This document shows, piece by piece, positions 1 to 11,021 of a stretch of DNA of 64,000 bases. Position numbers and translations under genes: made by a program. The stretch spans positions 6,852-70,851 of the forward strand of contig CAWEKC010000001.1 of NCBI GenBank assembly GCA_963809665.1. The letters run 5' to 3'. Origin of the DNA: Candidatus Gottesmanbacteria bacterium (GTDB lineage: Bacteria; Patescibacteriota; Microgenomatia; UBA10105; UBA927). Position 1 is the stretch's first letter; every line of letters begins with the position of its first letter. Below the pieces are notes generated by a model, which saw only the letters and a list, made by a program, of their open reading frames with translations, was not told the DNA's origin and did not search any database.

Positions 1-407
1 AGGTACGGAACAAATGCGGCAACGAGCGTCCCCACTGCGGCCGGAACGGCACCAAAAAGGGTGAGCAGCCAAAGAAACGAAGCAACGGCAATAGCAATAT
101 ACCCTAACCCCATACTCATCTGGAACGCTGTTACGGCATCCCCTGTGATAACCCTCACAAACGAACCTATGTAGTTAGGGAGCGGGTAATGGAAGTTAAA
201 AATTGGAATCCCGTATCCGCTGTTCATATCCGGCGCCCACCTGGGTACTATATAACCGGCGCCCAACATCCGTGCAAACTCCACGATGCGGATGATGTGG
301 TACTCCCCGTCGTGTGTCGGTATATAATTCCTGCCGAATAGCGGCCACACCGCAAACAGAACTCCCGAAGCGGCAAGGATGACCGAAATAATCAATCCTT
401 TTTTCAT
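1..407 (-). CDS. PTPS-related-domain (GT-C-like) membrane protein, 5' part; runs off the window edge
   Basis: Not in the ORF track. Manual translation from ATG at 407 (ATGA overlap with the upstream stop) gives MKKGLIISVILAASGVLFAVWPLFGRNYIPTHDGEYHIIRIVEFARMLGAGYIVPRWAPDMNSGYGIPIFNFHYPLPNY. It shares the THDG..H..R...PRW....GYG.P.F.FY.PLP.Y motif with paralogs starting at 4493, 36550 and 38073. Confidence 0.85.
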   Translation of the reverse strand, partial: MKKGLIISVILAASGVLFAVWPLFGRNYIPTHDGEYHIIRIVEFARMLGAGYIVPRWAPDMNSGYGIPIFNFHYPLPNYIGSFVRVITGDAVTAFQMSMGLGYIAIAVASFLWLLTLFGAVPAAVGTLVAAFVPY

Positions 408-1547
408 ATGTTTCTCTTGGCATAATACCGGAATCCTTCATAAACTGCATATAAAACAACCGGGATGACGGTCAGTGCAAACCTGAGTGCGGGACCGGGT
501 CCTTCGTAATAGCCCATCCACATATAGGGAAGGGCGCGCAGTTCAAGCGCAAATGACAACACGACTGTGAATCCGAAAATAAACCGGTGATTTTTAAGCT
601 GCATTAAGGATGCCGGTGCAATGAGCCACACCGCATACCATGGATAGAGTTCTTCCCGTATCGGAGCAACGATGAAAAATACCGCGGCCAAAAAAATATA
701 GGTATAGAGAAGCACACGATCAAAAGAAACACTTCGGAAAAACAACAATGGTGCGAGTGCAACCGTTGCCCCCTTCACGAGCCACGAAGCCGCAAGGAAA
801 CCAATACCGTAAATTTTTTGCATGAAACGTTTCTGATACCACAGGAATAACCCGAGAAGTGCAAAAGCCATCATATATATATCGTTATGCCCGTTCATGA
901 GTATTTCAATAAGCACCAAGGGATTGAGGGCAAAAAAGATAACGTTTGTCAGACTTTTTGTGATACGCCATATAAAATAGCTAAAACCCAGATACACAAC
1001 GGCATTTAACAGTTTGAACGCAATTACCGTGGCCCAGATGTTTCCCCTTCCCGCATAATGCGGTATCGCTGTAATAAGAATCCATATCGGTCCGTATAGT
1101 GCCGTTTTATTTGCCGCCCGCGTAAATGCCAGGTTCGGGTCATTGGGTATTTCAATGGGCATGACGATATACGGGTTTTCGCGGTACTGATAGGTCACGT
1201 TCGCAGTCGCAATGTAGTTAAAAAGATCATATGTAAGTGCCGGGGTAAGAACAGGCTAAAATAACGGCCGACGCCACTAATACCATACATAACTTTTTCC
1301 ATGACTCAAAAACTCTTACGCCGTGCTTGAGAAAGACGCAGAAACAGGCAAATAATCCGATGAGTATGGCGAAAAACAATACGGCCGCGATCGGTCTCTG
1401 ATGATACGCGAGGTTTTTCAGCGGCTCCTGAAATTTGAGAAATACGGGATGTGTCGATAGGATCAGATTCGGATCAATAAATCCATACGAAAACACTCCA
1501 AGAATTAACAGTATTATTAAAAAAAATGGTACTACTATGGACGCCAT
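404..1547 (-). CDS. MptA/MptB-like polyprenol-phosphate-sugar-dependent GT-C glycosyltransferase (frameshift near 1243)
   Basis: ORFs 1227..1547 and 404..1198 join if one C is removed from CCCCGG, giving SYPALTYDLFNYIATA. This matches the intact paralog at 39589 (SYPAFSYDIFNYMFDA). The ALNPLVLIE..GHNDIYM motif is present. Confidence 0.7.
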
Positions 1548-1549
1548 GA

Positions 1550-2089
1550 TTATTGGGATGCCGTCTCACTGGCAATATGTTGCCGCTGTTCAACGGATGC
1601 TCGAATCATCCCGGCTAAGGGCAATTCCGTAGGTTTGGATTTCTCCGGTGTCCATGTAAACTGATCGGGAGTTGCAGTAAGAAGTCCCGTTAATACCTCC
1701 GTGTGTTTTTCAGCGGCAGAGGTAATCAATTGCTGTACTACATTCACATTCACGCCTTCTTTTTTCGCTCCGGAAACATACGAAGGCAATTGCATAAACT
1801 CTTTATCAGAACGGGCGAGAGCGTCTGTTCCGAGAAGATATTGTTTATATTCCATGAGTGTTTTTGCCTCAATAAGATATTTATCTGATAAGGCGAGGTG
1901 ATATTTTACCTGTGCGATATTACCCCAAGACCAGTAAAATTTAAGCCGGTCCATGATACGGCTTACCCTGTATAGGGTGTTTCCCGGCATATAGGACGGG
2001 TACGGCATAACATAGTCCGCGCGTACTGAAGACGCTATACATAGCGTGCAAAAAATTAATACAATTATAAATGCTAATTTCTTTTTCAT
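1550..2089 (-). CDS. Secreted helical protein, DUF5667-like
   Basis: Start MKKKLAF at 2089 overlaps the upstream stop. Signal peptide ends VRA. The YVMPYPSYMPGNTLY...LSDKYLIEAKTL pattern resembles DUF5667 proteins. Confidence 0.6.
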   Translation of the reverse strand: MKKKLAFIIVLIFCTLCIASSVRADYVMPYPSYMPGNTLYRVSRIMDRLKFYWSWGNIAQVKYHLALSDKYLIEAKTLMEYKQYLLGTDALARSDKEFMQLPSYVSGAKKEGVNVNVVQQLITSAAEKHTEVLTGLLTATPDQFTWTPEKSKPTELPLAGMIRASVEQRQHIASETASQ

Positions 2090-2857
2090 AACTTTCGAAA
2101 CTTCCGATACATGATCGGAAAATGCAGAGCGGACCAATAGGCAAATACGAGCCCATACCAGCCGTCGATAAACCCTTTATGCCGGACAAACAATGAAAGG
2201 AATGTTATCTTTGGTTTGATAATATTGTAGAGAATCCACGTCCATGCATTTTTAGAAATCCCGCTTTTTTTCATCTCCGAAGCTGCGAGGGTGGTGTATG
2301 AATCAGCCTTCCTCCAATAATCGTCACGTGTCCGATAGGAAATATGATCCATGGGCTCCGTAAGATACCCGGTTTTACCTGAAACCTCTATCTGCTCATG
2401 TACGCTCTTGGCGGGAAAATGAGCCTTACCGCGCCGTATAAGTCTCATAACGTAATCCGGATATTGCCCGCCTTTGCGCATCCAGTGCCCCCAAAAATAA
2501 TTCCTGCGCGGGATAAAGTACCCGTTGATATCGGAAGTACCGGATTTCATAACCGTTTGTATTTCATTGCTTAATGCCTGAGTGACCCTCTCGTCCGCAT
2601 CGAGTTGCAGAATCCAACGTCCCCGAACACGCCTCCAGTGCTTTCTGCTTATTTATGTGAAACATTACGGGGTTATCCGTCTCAATAATATGAGATGTAA
2701 ACTTGCGGGCAATTGAAACGGTCGCATCTGAGGATCCGCCGTCAACCACAACTATTTCATCCGCCAGCCGGCGGACTGAGGCAAGACATTTTTCAAGATT
2801 TTTCTCCTCATTAAATACCGCAATTGCCACTGAAAGTTTTATGTCCTTTTTCGCCAT
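2086..2857 (-). CDS. GT2 glycosyltransferase, beta-1,4-glucosyltransferase-like (frameshift near 2620)
   Basis: MAKKDIKLSVAIAVFNEE..VVVDGGSSD continues, after removing one base, into WILQLDADERV and then ORF 2086..2550 (VHE, GFIDG motifs). Confidence 0.8.
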
Positions 2858-4493
2858 AGTAACCCTCGTTAAAACCGACACTCCGATTATAGCAAGAGCA
2901 GCGAGTGAAATCCTCTCTGCGGCAGTTCGCAACTTCGTGTTTTCAAAGACGACCCGTACTGAATGAGTTCCCGGTGCCACCTGAAATGTCATCAGGCCCC
3001 GGTAATTAGGGTTCTGGTATTGAATTTCAGTCACTGCGCCGTCAATATATATACCTCCAGTCGGGAAAATATACGGTGTTTTCAAGAAGCAGTGTCGGGT
3101 TGGAAACGTTCACGGTATATTCATGTACTGTCGATGACCGGAAGCCGTTTGTGATCGTTGCGTTCGCCGTGCTATAACCATAAGCGGGCTGGCGGGAGTA
3201 TGTTCCATAAAACGTACCGACCAGATAGGACTGCTTTCTCCTGTATCCGTGGTACTGAAATATATACCTGTATAAAAAGATTCGTTATGTACTACATACG
3301 CTTTCGGGTGCCACATAGGTATAGTAACCAGAATAATCAACATGCATAGTACGGCCATTACATACGGCCTTTTTATCCTGGTTTTCAGAAGCTCGCGGGC
3401 CGCGACACCTCCCGCAACCGCGGCTGCAAAAACTGATACCGAAAGGAAACGCCAGGGAAACTGAAAATTCTGTAATGTTGAAACGGCAACCCAGATGGGT
3501 TTGGACCAGGACGTCATGATAAAAAATGAAATGAGTAAAATTCCCAATATAGTGAAAAGAAAATACCGTACGTTCGGAAACTTTGTTTTCCATATCACAG
3601 TAATTGCACCGATAACACCGGCCCATTGCATGAATCCAAGTGATTTGGTAAGCGTTTCTCCCTGCCCGTAATTCCACGGGGAATACAAAAACCATGTCCA
3701 GGGGACAAACCTGGCTGCCGCTTCTCCGGACGTAACAATATCCCGGAGTGTGTATTTTCCTTCAAAATACGCCGGTATCCAAAAAAATGCGGAAAGAGCA
3801 AACCCCGCGAGTACCGCCACAAGCGCTCATGGATCCGAAAAGCCATTTTTCCTTCGTTTCAAACAATAACAAATAGAGTAAATAGACCAGGATAATCGGC
3901 ATAAACATAATGGCAATCGCGTTGTGGGCAAGGATAAGGAGGGCAATGGATACGGCAACGCCAATGGTGTTTGTAACTACATGTTTACGCAGTGCCGGCT
4001 GGGAGAGCTTAAACAGGAAATACATGATGAGAGGCGGAAAGATAAACGCAACATGTTCACCAATAGCTCCCCGAACGTATAAATCTACAAAACGGTATGG
4101 CGCAAAAACATACAAAAGTGCCCCGACGATTCCGGCCTTTTTCCCAAACGCTGCCCTCATCCATATAAACATGGTAAGAGCGCTGGCAATGAATGCAAAG
4201 CCGAATACAATTTTGGTGCTATCAACCAATGAAAAACCGATAGTGTGAAATAGAGAAGCTATATACGAGGGAAGCGGATATAAAAACATTAATATAGGAT
4301 GCCCATATCCCCAGTTGAGAGAGCCCGCCCATCGCGGAATGATATTACCTTCTTTAAGCGATTGGTAAAAGTTTGCAATCCTTGCCACATGATCCTGTCC
4401 GTCATGAGTCACGGGAAAACCCGGATGGACTAAGGCAATAAGCGGCAAAAACGAAACAATGCAAAGCAAAAGAAACGGTAACGCCTTTTTCAT
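2839..4493 (-). CDS. PTPS-related-domain (GT-C-like) membrane protein, broken by several frameshifts
   Basis: ORFs 3762..4493, 3110..3820, a short bridging frame (LENTVYFPDWR) and the 5' part of 2564..3085 are collinear with intact paralogs at 34886 and 36547 (THDG, YVRGAIGE, AFFWIPA, QFPWRF, YFP.W). The stop at 2839 is inferred. Confidence 0.75.
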
Positions 4494-4495
4494 TT

Positions 4496-6055
4496 TCAAA
4501 ATATCCTCTTTTCCAGAATAAGACCATTCAACATCGTTTTTATCCATATGCTACTTCCTCCCTGCACCACGGTCTCAAGCCACCCGTTTTGACGCCACGG
4601 CTGGCTCGTATCCGGCTCAATAATAAGGTATGCTAAACCCTTTTTTTCGTGGGCAGGCACATATCCGTAGCGGGTGTTCCCATATGTCTGGAACAAGTAA
4701 TCATACGAATAGGTATAGACACCCGGAACGAATTCAAATACCGAAAACGGCTGACCGTGCGCATCCTGATATATGGTATCGATGACAAGGCGTTTCCCTA
4801 TAATTTTGTCATAAACCCCCAAGTCACGTATGTCTACCGTATAGGAAACATATTGACGGAATACCGACCCGCAGGCCACCATAACCAGAAATACAATTCC
4901 CACCAGTAAACCTATTTTTGCAACCAGCAATTTGTTTACGCGCCAAAGCGCAACACCGGCAAAAGTGAACAGGAGAATATACGCGATACGCGTATGGGTC
5001 AGATAATAGTCCCATACGATATTGTTGAGAAGTAAATACGCCCCACAGGTCAAAACGATCATGAGAAGCAAAAACAACACGAAACGTTTCTCATTTTTAC
5101 CCCGTACCAGAAACAATCCCAACCCGACGAACGGAATCGTTATGTACAACATAATCATCTGCGTATGCCACGGAATCCATCCGAATTCAAATGTGAACGT
5201 GTTGTAAAAATTATTCCAGTAATCGAATGCATGAGAGGCAAGCCGTTTGGCTTCAAACATAGAACCGTTTGTAGCGGTTCCTGAAGAAAGATACGAAATG
5301 GCGGATCTAACGTCCGTAAAACCGTGGCGCATATCAAAAAGAATCATCGGTAGAAATGCAAATCCCAGTGCTATAAGTGTGTACATGTATACTTTCCAAT
5401 CACGGATTCTAAAAATCAGAGGAAGTGAAACGATGACGGATGCCGTGAGCGGGATGGATACCCCAAGCTGGGAATTATAGGAAAATCCGGCAATAAATAC
5501 CGCCAAAGGAGCAAATAGTTTCGGGTTGTCCGGTATGCGGTACACAAAATACAGGGCTAGAATGACAAAAACCGTGATAGGGTGACTGCTCCAGATAAAC
5601 CTCGATTGCGAAACTATGAGCGGCGATACTGCGGTGAAGAAAAGGAACAGGACAGATCCTAACCTCCCCAACATTTTATAGCCGACCCATGCAGACATGA
5701 CGAGCGCAGCAACGCCGAACAGAAACATAAAAATCTCTCCGCCTATCGGATTACCGCGGAATAATAGGTAGGCCAAAGAAATGAGATAAAAATATCCGGG
5801 CCCATGAAATATTCCGTTGATACCGGCGACTCCCGAACCGGCCTCCGCTCCGATGAGCGTTAATTTATGATGGACGATGATGTTGTAAGCCGCCAGATAA
5901 TCTCTCCCCTGATCCAGTCCGAATAAAAAATTGCCGTTAATCAGTTCAACAGCCCGGAGGGCTATCCCCCAAATCAGAATACCGATGATAACAGCACAAA
6001 AAAATATATTCCTCCTTGATGCCGGTAATGAAATCGTGCGTTGTATTTTTTTCAT
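4496..6055 (-). CDS. ArnT/PMT_2-like GT-C integral membrane glycosyltransferase
   Basis: 519 aa, many TM segments. First-loop FGLDQGRD, IFHGPGYFY and SRFIW motifs. Paralog of 41473..43008. Confidence 0.75.
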   Translation of the reverse strand: MKKIQRTISLPASRRNIFFCAVIIGILIWGIALRAVELINGNFLFGLDQGRDYLAAYNIIVHHKLTLIGAEAGSGVAGINGIFHGPGYFYLISLAYLLFRGNPIGGEIFMFLFGVAALVMSAWVGYKMLGRLGSVLFLFFTAVSPLIVSQSRFIWSSHPITVFVILALYFVYRIPDNPKLFAPLAVFIAGFSYNSQLGVSIPLTASVIVSLPLIFRIRDWKVYMYTLIALGFAFLPMILFDMRHGFTDVRSAISYLSSGTATNGSMFEAKRLASHAFDYWNNFYNTFTFEFGWIPWHTQMIMLYITIPFVGLGLFLVRGKNEKRFVLFLLLMIVLTCGAYLLLNNIVWDYYLTHTRIAYILLFTFAGVALWRVNKLLVAKIGLLVGIVFLVMVACGSVFRQYVSYTVDIRDLGVYDKIIGKRLVIDTIYQDAHGQPFSVFEFVPGVYTYSYDYLFQTYGNTRYGYVPAHEKKGLAYLIIEPDTSQPWRQNGWLETVVQGGSSIWIKTMLNGLILEKRIF

Positions 6056-7701
6056 GGACTACTCGCAGAATCAGATATTTCTATTGCGGGTGTCCCGTCT
6101 AAAAATTTAATGCTCATCACGTTCCCGATGGGCATATCCTTTGGATCCCCGACGTACAACATGGTTCCGTTGCGGTGCTCCTTCGCCCAGTCGATTCTCC
6201 TGAATTCATATTTGTCAAAATTGTTATTTGCCTCAGTACCTCCTGATTGAGTCCCGCCGGCGGCAAGATACTTAACCGGATCGTATTTCGTATAAAAAAG
6301 GAAAAACATATATGATTGATCCAATGTCGTTGAGACTACCACTTTTTGGTATTTTGATTTTATTTTTTCAGTAAACGCAACCGCATCTTTATATCCATAC
6401 TGCCAATATTCTGAAACCTCGGGGTTTTGCTGGACAAAGTACATATCCAGATAATACGCAAAATTAAATAACCCAAACAGGATAACGCCTGCGGCCGCCG
6501 CGTACCGCAGAAAAATTTTTCGCCCTGACAGATACTCCCGCCACACACGTATTGCATCCGCAATACCAACGGCAATAAATACCTGAAACACGGGCAGGAA
6601 TACAAGAGTTCGTACAGCATGCGGAAGACCTGTGGTCGGAGACGCGGCTATAGGTGATATGAGGAACCACCCTACAAGGACTGTAGACACCGGACCTTTC
6701 CTGTATTTAACCACCCGATATATTCCGTATAACAGGAACGGCAATTCCCATAGATACAGAAGCCCCATATCCGGAGCATGATGCCGCGGGTTGTCTCCGG
6801 TTAAAAACAGCCATTTGAACGAGAAGTGCGAAAGATATCCTGCGACAACGGTTTTCGCATATACTATCCGACGGTTATCCAAAAGTTGTCCGATATGGTC
6901 CCCTGCATGTAGATCCTGTTCGAGTTTTGCAATATTACGTGCCAGTAACTCAGTCTGATCCGTAAATGAACTTGTGCCGCGCAGTCGCAGAAGCGCGCTT
7001 TGATTAAATACAACCGGTATAAGAGGCGCTGCAACAAGAACAGCGAGAACCATACTTAAAATAATAGATTTCGTGTGTCCTTTTACAAAAAGTTCCTGTC
7101 TGAATACCACGGCAAGAATAATAACCAGAAGCGGCAGGAAAACCCGTTCACTATGATATGCATACAGACCCAAAGCAAATAAAACCGCAGCAATTGGCAG
7201 ATACATACGCCGTTTGAGACCCGCAAGAAATGCTGCCACCGCCCATATATTAATGGTAACTCCCGTGTTCGCCTCAAATGCGATACGCGAAAATTGTATA
7301 GACCAGGGAGAAATTGCAAGTAAAAACGATGAAATCAAGGGGATGGTATCGTTTTTGCGATCGCGTAAAAGTTCCCGGACAAGAAAATAGACACCAAGCA
7401 CTGCAAGCACTCCCATAACAGCCGACGGAAGCCGTGTAGACCACACGGACAACCCAAACAATGCAACCGAAGGGACGGTTAAATATACATACAGCGGTGG
7501 TTTATAATCATCGAACGACCGTATCGACAATGGGAGGAATGTTCCGTATTCATCTCTGCCGGTTTTTAATATCGAATATGCGTTATACCCGAGAGCCGCT
7601 TCGTCCCAATCGGGACTGGGAGGCACGCTTCCCAGCTGGTAGAACCGAAGTCCTACGGCAATGGCCAATATAACAAATAAGGATACAAGGGTTTTTTTCA
7701 T
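6052..7701 (-). CDS. GT39/ArnT-like (PMT_2) GT-C glycosyltransferase
   Basis: 549 aa. WDEAALGYNAYSILKTGRDEYG, DYKPPLY, RLPSA and SPWSIQFSRIAFE motifs, plus a soluble C-terminal domain. Confidence 0.85.
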   Translation of the reverse strand: MKKTLVSLFVILAIAVGLRFYQLGSVPPSPDWDEAALGYNAYSILKTGRDEYGTFLPLSIRSFDDYKPPLYVYLTVPSVALFGLSVWSTRLPSAVMGVLAVLGVYFLVRELLRDRKNDTIPLISSFLLAISPWSIQFSRIAFEANTGVTINIWAVAAFLAGLKRRMYLPIAAVLFALGLYAYHSERVFLPLLVIILAVVFRQELFVKGHTKSIILSMVLAVLVAAPLIPVVFNQSALLRLRGTSSFTDQTELLARNIAKLEQDLHAGDHIGQLLDNRRIVYAKTVVAGYLSHFSFKWLFLTGDNPRHHAPDMGLLYLWELPFLLYGIYRVVKYRKGPVSTVLVGWFLISPIAASPTTGLPHAVRTLVFLPVFQVFIAVGIADAIRVWREYLSGRKIFLRYAAAAGVILFGLFNFAYYLDMYFVQQNPEVSEYWQYGYKDAVAFTEKIKSKYQKVVVSTTLDQSYMFFLFYTKYDPVKYLAAGGTQSGGTEANNNFDKYEFRRIDWAKEHRNGTMLYVGDPKDMPIGNVMSIKFLDGTPAIEISDSASSP

Positions 7702-9320
7702 AACGCTATTCCGCCGTCGTCAAAGATTACCAATACCGGATTACCGTTTAATAAATGTATGGTGTCGATAATCCGTGCGCCCGTCGGGGCAGAATTCCAG
7801 ATATACAATGTTTTCGGTGCTAATACGTCCGGCAGGATCCCGCCGAAACTGTAGTTGAGGAAACTATCCACATGATAAAATCCCGCCCCATCGAAATAGG
7901 AATTTTTGGTACGGAAAAATACCGTAGGATCTGTCTTTGTATAAAACAATGTATACATATACGGTCTGCCGATTTTGTCTGATATGACAATCTTGTCGTA
8001 CATAGGAGCGATGAGTGCAATCCGCTGAATTGCCTGTTTATATCCGTACTGCCATTCGCCGGAAAACTCTATCGGATAATGACTGTAATAATTATGAAGA
8101 TAGAAGGAAACACTAAATAGATATAAACTTCCCAATATAATATAGAAAATCGTCTTTCCCTTAGAAATGAATCTGCAGACAGACAGAATGCCGTATGCCA
8201 CGAAAATTTGCCATGTCGGTAATGAATTAAGTATCCGGAGCGCATGCGGTGTCTCGCGTGCGGTTGCCGCCGGAATGATTGCGGAAATGATCCAGTAAAT
8301 GAGTAGCAGTGCGACACCCGGATATGAAACTAACATGGCAAATATTCCTATCACCAATAATGGGGCTTCGATAAGATACAACTCCCCTACATCCTGAATG
8401 GAAAATTTCGGATTTCCGTCCCCCTTGACGAATAAAAAGTCGGGTTGCAGATTATCCATAAAATGTATAAGGAAGCTCCTTGCATACCCCACCCGCCGGT
8501 TGTTTACGAGTTGACCGATCACGTTTCCTTTTTCCCGTGCGATGCGCTGATTTGCGGTTTTAACAACGGAGAGGTCGGTAAAAATATTCACCTCAGTAAA
8601 TCTGAGACGAGCCTGCGCAGATACTAAATGAGGTACAATCGGCGCCGTACAAAGAGCAGCGATGACCACTCCAAAAACAAACGGCTTCAGATTATTCCTA
8701 ATACTTCTCCATGCGAACAACACCAATGCGGGTACAAACAATACGGAAAATACCCGGGAACTGTTGAACGTATACATCGAAGCGACGAACGGAAGCCACG
8801 CATAAATCCAACGTTTCTGATGTGTCCGGGAAGATAATACCAGCCATGTCCCCAGGACCACGAAAAACAACGCGATATTCGCCTCAAATCCCCCCCGGGA
8901 CAAATTCACATGCCAGGGAGAAACAGCCAAAACGGCCATGGAGAGTAGTGCCAGTGCATCACGGGGAAATTTTTTACCGGTTTTGGAAAACAGTTCCTGA
9001 ACGAGAAAATAGACGAGCAACACGGTCAGCGTTCCGAATAGTGCGGCCGGCAGACGAACCGCTAATTCATTCAGGCCAAACACGGCAATGAACGGCACCG
9101 TAGCGTAAATCGCAAGAGGCGGTTTATAATCTCCGTATGCTACAAACGCATCGAATGGCAAAAATTTACCGTGTTCATCGCGACCGGTTTTGAGAATGCT
9201 GTATGCGTTATATCCGATGGATACTTCATCCCAGGATAAAGAAGGAGGGTCCTGGGCCACATAATTTACACGAAGAACAAACGCACATATAAAGATAATA
9301 ATAAAAACCAGTTTCTTCAT
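7698..9320 (-). CDS. GT39/ArnT-like (PMT_2) GT-C glycosyltransferase
   Basis: 540 aa. WDEVSIGYNAYSILKTGRDEHG, GDYKPP and SPWHVNLSRGGFE motifs. Confidence 0.85.
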   Translation of the reverse strand: MKKLVFIIIFICAFVLRVNYVAQDPPSLSWDEVSIGYNAYSILKTGRDEHGKFLPFDAFVAYGDYKPPLAIYATVPFIAVFGLNELAVRLPAALFGTLTVLLVYFLVQELFSKTGKKFPRDALALLSMAVLAVSPWHVNLSRGGFEANIALFFVVLGTWLVLSSRTHQKRWIYAWLPFVASMYTFNSSRVFSVLFVPALVLFAWRSIRNNLKPFVFGVVIAALCTAPIVPHLVSAQARLRFTEVNIFTDLSVVKTANQRIAREKGNVIGQLVNNRRVGYARSFLIHFMDNLQPDFLFVKGDGNPKFSIQDVGELYLIEAPLLVIGIFAMLVSYPGVALLLIYWIISAIIPAATARETPHALRILNSLPTWQIFVAYGILSVCRFISKGKTIFYIILGSLYLFSVSFYLHNYYSHYPIEFSGEWQYGYKQAIQRIALIAPMYDKIVISDKIGRPYMYTLFYTKTDPTVFFRTKNSYFDGAGFYHVDSFLNYSFGGILPDVLAPKTLYIWNSAPTGARIIDTIHLLNGNPVLVIFDDGGIAL

Positions 9321-9327
9321 GAGTATC

Positions 9328-10986
9328 TTACTTATTCATTATCGTACGCTTTTCAATCAAATAATAGGCATCCAGCGTATTTTTGTATCGTATCCTGTCT
9401 ATTATCACATCATCCTCCAAAAGTTTACATCCAGATTTGTCTACATATAAGACACGATTCGCTTTAATCGACGCAACTACAGTATTCAATAAAAGTGACG
9501 GACACGGATCAGGGACAAAGAGGAAATTCCTATACCTCGCATTATCTGTATCGCGCGGTGATCCCTCCTTCTGATAGACGGAAGGCTCTATTGGCCAAAA
9601 AAACAGCATGTCCTCCAGAATTTTTTGGCTGACAATAACATCGTAAGACGAAGCTGCAGACTTCAGGTATAGCGCCAGATCTTTATCCGCCCCATTCCTG
9701 TAGACAGGCATATGTACAGGCTGATGGACAAAAAGCTGATGAGTAAAATATACAATATTCAGAGAAAACAGAACAAATATACCGAAGATGACGATAGAGC
9801 GTATAGAAGGGCGGACGGTTTGAACTGTCTTCAATATTCCCGTCGCAACAAGAAGGTGAAGCGGGATCATGGCAAGGAAAAATCGATGAATATTGGGAGT
9901 TTCATCGCTTCCTACGGCCATTACGGCGGGAACTAGGAGAAACCATAGGATGCTGAAAATGCCATACAGAGACTTTTTCCGTATGACCGTATATATGCCG
10001 AGCAACAGGAACGGGCACTCTATAAGGAGCAATACACCCATATTGGGGACTTCCTCACGCTGCGGTTGGTCCGCCTGTAGAAAAAGGAACCGGAAACTGA
10101 CATAGTCACTGAAGTTCTTGAGTAAATATCTCCCGTAAGCAGTCACTTTATTATGCACGATACGTGTGATAAGAATCGATTGGTTCTGTGTTCCGTCCTC
10201 GCGTATTTCTTCATCCAGAGGCAACTGAACATTCATGGACGAAAAAACGCTTATCTGCGAAAACCTCGTACTGGTAGGAGAAAAAAACAACCAAATGCTG
10301 GCTAAGAGTATCGTAATAAAAAGAGCGATGCTAACAATTTTTATCCGTTTTGAAAACGTATGCCAATACCATGCTCCGATAAAAAGTAAAAACGGGATGG
10401 CAAACAGCCTGATGGCGGCATAGGTGTAGAAACTTACAGCAATTCCTATGAGAAACACAACGAGGTACACATACTTCTGTTTTTTCATCCAAAGGAACCA
10501 GAAATATACGGCGCCGTAGAATATGACAAAGCATACAAGCGGGTCACTTTGTACCCTTGATAACAAAACTCCAAGCGGCGAAATCACGGCAAGAGCCATT
10601 GATAGGAGCGCCAATGAACGGCTTCCTGATAATCGGAATACGAACGCAAAAGTCAGAACTATAAACAGCATTCCAAATATTGCCGACGGAACACGGACTG
10701 CCCATTCGTTTAACCCGGCGCTTGCTATAAACGGGATGGTGAGGTACGCATACACGGCGCCTTTATAATCTCCGAATGACCGGTATATGAGGGGATACGA
10801 TTGTCCATATTCGTCCTTACCGGTTTGTAGCAGGGAGTAAGCGTTATATCCGAAGTCTGCCTCATCAGCGTGAAATCCGCCGGGGATGGAGCCTAACTGC
10901 CAGAAACGGAGAACAATCGCGAGCACAATGACCCCGATAAAAAAAATCCATGACCGATTATTTATGAACCATGTCTTGGAAAACAT
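9328..10986 (-). CDS. GT39/ArnT-like (PMT_2) GT-C glycosyltransferase
   Basis: Start reassigned to MFSKTWF (10986) to avoid overlap with the divergent gene. ADEADFGYNAYSLLQTGKDEYG and RSFGDYK motifs. Confidence 0.85.
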   Translation of the reverse strand: MFSKTWFINNRSWIFFIGVIVLAIVLRFWQLGSIPGGFHADEADFGYNAYSLLQTGKDEYGQSYPLIYRSFGDYKGAVYAYLTIPFIASAGLNEWAVRVPSAIFGMLFIVLTFAFVFRLSGSRSLALLSMALAVISPLGVLLSRVQSDPLVCFVIFYGAVYFWFLWMKKQKYVYLVVFLIGIAVSFYTYAAIRLFAIPFLLFIGAWYWHTFSKRIKIVSIALFITILLASIWLFFSPTSTRFSQISVFSSMNVQLPLDEEIREDGTQNQSILITRIVHNKVTAYGRYLLKNFSDYVSFRFLFLQADQPQREEVPNMGVLLLIECPFLLLGIYTVIRKKSLYGIFSILWFLLVPAVMAVGSDETPNIHRFFLAMIPLHLLVATGILKTVQTVRPSIRSIVIFGIFVLFSLNIVYFTHQLFVHQPVHMPVYRNGADKDLALYLKSAASSYDVIVSQKILEDMLFFWPIEPSVYQKEGSPRDTDNARYRNFLFVPDPCPSLLLNTVVASIKANRVLYVDKSGCKLLEDDVIIDRIRYKNTLDAYYLIEKRTIMNK

Positions 10987-11021
10987 AAGACTGTCATGTA
11001 TGATAACCCTACCATTATAGC

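Noticed and set aside
2564-3085. Apparent in-frame fusion of the PTPS-related protein tail to a GT2 domain
   Set aside because: Removing one base near 2865 gives a normal ending (...VLTGLLWRKRT*) overlapping the GT2 start, like other junctions here. The region is rich in extra-base errors.
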